From Desulfovibrio sp. (GTDB taxonomy: Bacteria; Desulfobacterota; Desulfovibrionia; Desulfovibrionales; Desulfovibrionaceae), in NCBI RefSeq assembly GCF_018379785.1, contig NZ_JAGZUV010000011.1, positions 17,788 to 81,787 of the forward strand: 64,000 nt of DNA. The letters run 5' to 3'. The notes beneath the pieces were generated by a model, which did no database searches, had not been told where the DNA came from, and saw nothing but the letters and a program-made list of their open reading frames with translations. Made by a program: the position numbers and the translations under genes. Below, piece after piece: positions 61,668-64,000 of this stretch. Position 1 is the first letter of the stretch; every line of letters starts with the position of its first letter.

Positions 61668-63035
61668 CTATGCTTTTCCGCCCTTGCGCGCCTTCTGCAT
61701 CAAGCCCTGGTACTGGCTTGAAATCATGTGCGATTCAACCTGATTCATAAAGTCCATGGCCACGCCCACCAGAATCAGCAAACTGGTGCCGCCGAAGTAG
61801 AACGGCACGTTGAAATTGCTGATCAGCAACATGGGCAACAGGCAGACAAGGGAAATATACACCGCGCCCGAAAGCGTCAGCCGCGAGAGCACGGTGTCAA
61901 TGTATTCCTGCGTCTTTTCGCCCGGACGGATGCCCGGAATGAAGCCGCCGGCCTTCTTCAGGTTCTCGGACATGTCTTTGGGATCAAAGATGATGGCCGT
62001 GTAGAAATAGCAGAAGAAGAACATCAGGGCCACGTAAATGATATTATACAGAATGCCGTGGGGCGAAAAGAGCTCCGCCGCCCGCTTCACATACTCGTTG
62101 GTCGAAAACTGGCCGATGGTGGCCGGGAAAAGCAGCAACGAGGAAGCGAAAATGGGCGGAATGACGCCCGCCGTGTTCAGGCGCAAAGGCAGATGCGAGT
62201 TCTGCCCGCCGAACATCTTGCGGCCCACCTGGCGCTTGGCGTAACTGATGGGAATTCGCCGCTGAGCCCGCTCCACAAAGACGATGCAGACCGTCACGGC
62301 GGCCATGAACACCACAATGACCACGGCCATGAAAATGCTCATGTCGCCGGCCTGAATCAGGGCCACGGACTGGATGATGCCGCGCGGAATCCCCACCACA
62401 ATGCCGCAGAAGATGATCAGCGAAATACCGTTGCCGATGCCTCGTTCGGTGATCTGTTCGCCCAGCCACATGACCAGCACCGAACCCGCGGTAAAGGTCA
62501 TCATTGTCACCAGCCGGAAATGCCAACCGGGATTGAGCACAATGGGCGAACCGGCGGGGCTGGTCATATTTTCCAGGCCCACGGCGATGCCCAGGCCCTG
62601 CACCAGTGTGATCAGCACCGTGAGGTAACGGGTATACTGGGTGATTTTGCGGCGACCCGCCTGCCCTTCTTCCTTTGCCATGCGCTTGATGTCCGGGCTG
62701 ACCACCTGCAAAAGCTGCATGATGATGGACGCCGAGATGTACGGCATGACGCCCAGCGCAAATACGGAAACATTGCGCAGGCCGCCGCCCGAGAACATGT
62801 CGAAGAGGCTGAACAGGGTGCCGGACATGCTTTCAAAGAAAGAAGCCAGGGCCGCGGCGTCCACGCCGGGCACCGGCACATGCACGCCGATCCGGTAGCA
62901 GCACAAAATCAGGAAGGTCCAGCCCAGGCGCTTGGCCAGGGCGGGCTGGCCCGCCATGTTGTTTGCCGATCCTACTGCCATGAAAGACTCGTTGCGTTTG
63001 CGCGCCCAAGGGCGCCGTATGCGCGTAAACGTCAT
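61668..63035 (-). CDS. secY: preprotein translocase subunit SecY
   Basis: 455 aa, 10-TM SecY pattern, ...GVMPYISASIIMQLL... Confidence 0.95.
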   Translation of the reverse strand: MTFTRIRRPWARKRNESFMAVGSANNMAGQPALAKRLGWTFLILCCYRIGVHVPVPGVDAAALASFFESMSGTLFSLFDMFSGGGLRNVSVFALGVMPYISASIIMQLLQVVSPDIKRMAKEEGQAGRRKITQYTRYLTVLITLVQGLGIAVGLENMTSPAGSPIVLNPGWHFRLVTMMTFTAGSVLVMWLGEQITERGIGNGISLIIFCGIVVGIPRGIIQSVALIQAGDMSIFMAVVIVVFMAAVTVCIVFVERAQRRIPISYAKRQVGRKMFGGQNSHLPLRLNTAGVIPPIFASSLLLFPATIGQFSTNEYVKRAAELFSPHGILYNIIYVALMFFFCYFYTAIIFDPKDMSENLKKAGGFIPGIRPGEKTQEYIDTVLSRLTLSGAVYISLVCLLPMLLISNFNVPFYFGGTSLLILVGVAMDFMNQVESHMISSQYQGLMQKARKGGKA

Positions 63036-63101
63036 AGCCCGCCGCGCGCGGCGGGCTATGACGCCGCAATATTCCGTTCCGGCCGCGAGAGCGGCCGGAA
63101 A

Positions 63102-63566
63102 TTATTCGGCCGCGGGAGCCGCTTCCAGCTCGCTGACTTCACCGCCGGCCTGACGGATCTTCTCCGCCGCGGCCTGACTGAACTTGTGGGCTTCCACCTT
63201 GAGGGCGGATTTCACTTCACCGCGCGAAAGAATTTTCACCGGCGCGCCCAAGCGGGCAAGACCACGGGCATAGATGTCATCCAGGGTGATGCTGTCCTTG
63301 CCCTCAAAGGCCTGGGTCAGCGCATCCAGGTTGATCACGTCGTACGTCACTTTAAAGGGCGCGTTCTTGAAGCCGTGCTTCGGCAGACGACGCTGCAGGG
63401 GCATCTGGCCGCCTTCAAAGCCGGGGCGCACGCCGCCGCCGGCACGGGCGTTCTGGCCTTTGTGGCCCTTGCCCGCCGTGCCGCCCAGACCGGAGCCACC
63501 GCCCCGGCCCACCCGGCGGCGGGTCTTGCGCTCTTCCGGAAAGGGAAAGAGATTGTGCAGTTGCAT
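63102..63566 (-). CDS. rplO: 50S ribosomal protein L15
   Basis: MQLHNLFPFPEERKTRRRVGRGGGSGLGGTAGKGHKGQNARAGGG... Confidence 0.95.
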   Translation of the reverse strand: MQLHNLFPFPEERKTRRRVGRGGGSGLGGTAGKGHKGQNARAGGGVRPGFEGGQMPLQRRLPKHGFKNAPFKVTYDVINLDALTQAFEGKDSITLDDIYARGLARLGAPVKILSRGEVKSALKVEAHKFSQAAAEKIRQAGGEVSELEAAPAAE

Positions 63567-63587
63567 AATATACTCCTCGCGCGGCCG

Positions 63588-63764
63588 TTAGTCCACGACG
63601 GCCACAAGGTGCGAAACTTTGGCAATGATGCCCCGGATGGCCGGGGTGTCCTTGAACGTCTTGACCATCTCGCGACGCTTGAGGCCAAGGGAGTCCAGCA
63701 TTCTGCGCTGGGCCGGCGTGGTGCCGATGCGCGAGCGCACGAGTTTGACCTTGATTTCCGTCAT
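63588..63764 (-). CDS. rpmD: 50S ribosomal protein L30 (not in ORF track; 58 aa)
   Basis: Manual reverse-strand translation: MTEIKVKLVRSRIGTTPAQRRMLDSLGLKRREMVKTFKDTPAIRGIIAKVSHLVAVVD*. Confidence 0.85.
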   Translation of the reverse strand: MTEIKVKLVRSRIGTTPAQRRMLDSLGLKRREMVKTFKDTPAIRGIIAKVSHLVAVVD

Positions 63765-63766
63765 GG

Positions 63767-64000
63767 CTACTTCCTCGGGGCTTCCAGCTTTTTGCCGCGC
63801 AGGGCCGACACATCCTCGGCGCTGCGCAGGGAAACAAGACCCTGTATGGTGGCGCGAAGCACGTTATGCGGATTGTTGGTGCCGATGGCCTTGGCCAGCA
63901 CGTCGCGCACGCCCACGGCCTCCATCACGGCGCGCACAGCGCCGCCCGCGATGATGCCGGTACCTTCGGAGGCGGGCTTGAGCATGACGCGGCCCGCACC
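63767..64000 (-). CDS. rpsE: 30S ribosomal protein S5, C-terminal part (5' end beyond window)
   Basis: ...[41 protein letters not shown]...; runs to window edge. Confidence 0.85.
   Translation of the reverse strand, partial: GAGRVMLKPASEGTGIIAGGAVRAVMEAVGVRDVLAKAIGTNNPHNVLRATIQGLVSLRSAEDVSALRGKKLEAPRK

Overview
High-GC, Desulfovibrio-like chromosome segment (deltaproteobacterial sulfate-reducer style). The flanks are conserved housekeeping genes. Left side: ptsI 3' end, smpB, comEC, an HxlR/flavoprotein pair, mutM, rimM–KH–rpsP–ffh, an outer-membrane porin, guaBA, tatBC, hisB/hisA, a paired-SMR efflux module, and lon–clpX–clpP–tig. Right side: tRNA-Leu(TAG), selD, and the rplQ–rpoA–rpsD–rpsK–rpsM–rpmJ–map–secY–rplO–rpmD–rpsE ribosomal block.

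The centre (about 28.4–55.7 kb) is an accessory locus that looks like an S-layer or surface-array system. Two divergently oriented giant paralogous secreted proteins (1173 and 1134 aa) share a triple N-terminal repeat module and have type I secretion-like C-termini. They bracket a complete T1SS (ABC–MFP–periplasmic hypothetical–TolC), a SapC-family gene, large glycosyltransferases, a HAD/RgpF-like fusion, Wzm/Wzt, a methyltransferase and RmlC. The whole locus is bounded by near-identical inverted copies of a GT2 gene.

A low-GC serine recombinase gene sits just inside the locus, next to a 30-bp palindromic site. A near-identical inverted copy of that site (25/26 bp) lies 16.3 kb away, upstream of the second giant gene. 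Together these suggest a previously undescribed invertible expression switch, analogous in logic to the Campylobacter fetus sap system but driven by a serine invertase.

Other notable items: selD appears to be a selenoprotein (in-frame TGA plus a SECIS-like hairpin; the ORF track truncated it); an (AG)17 microsatellite lies in the porin/guaB divergent promoter region; a MITE-like element with a target-site duplication sits upstream of the SMR genes, with a solo terminal repeat near selD; and a short repeat family (CTAGGCTCAGCCCTCATT) abuts gene 3' ends.
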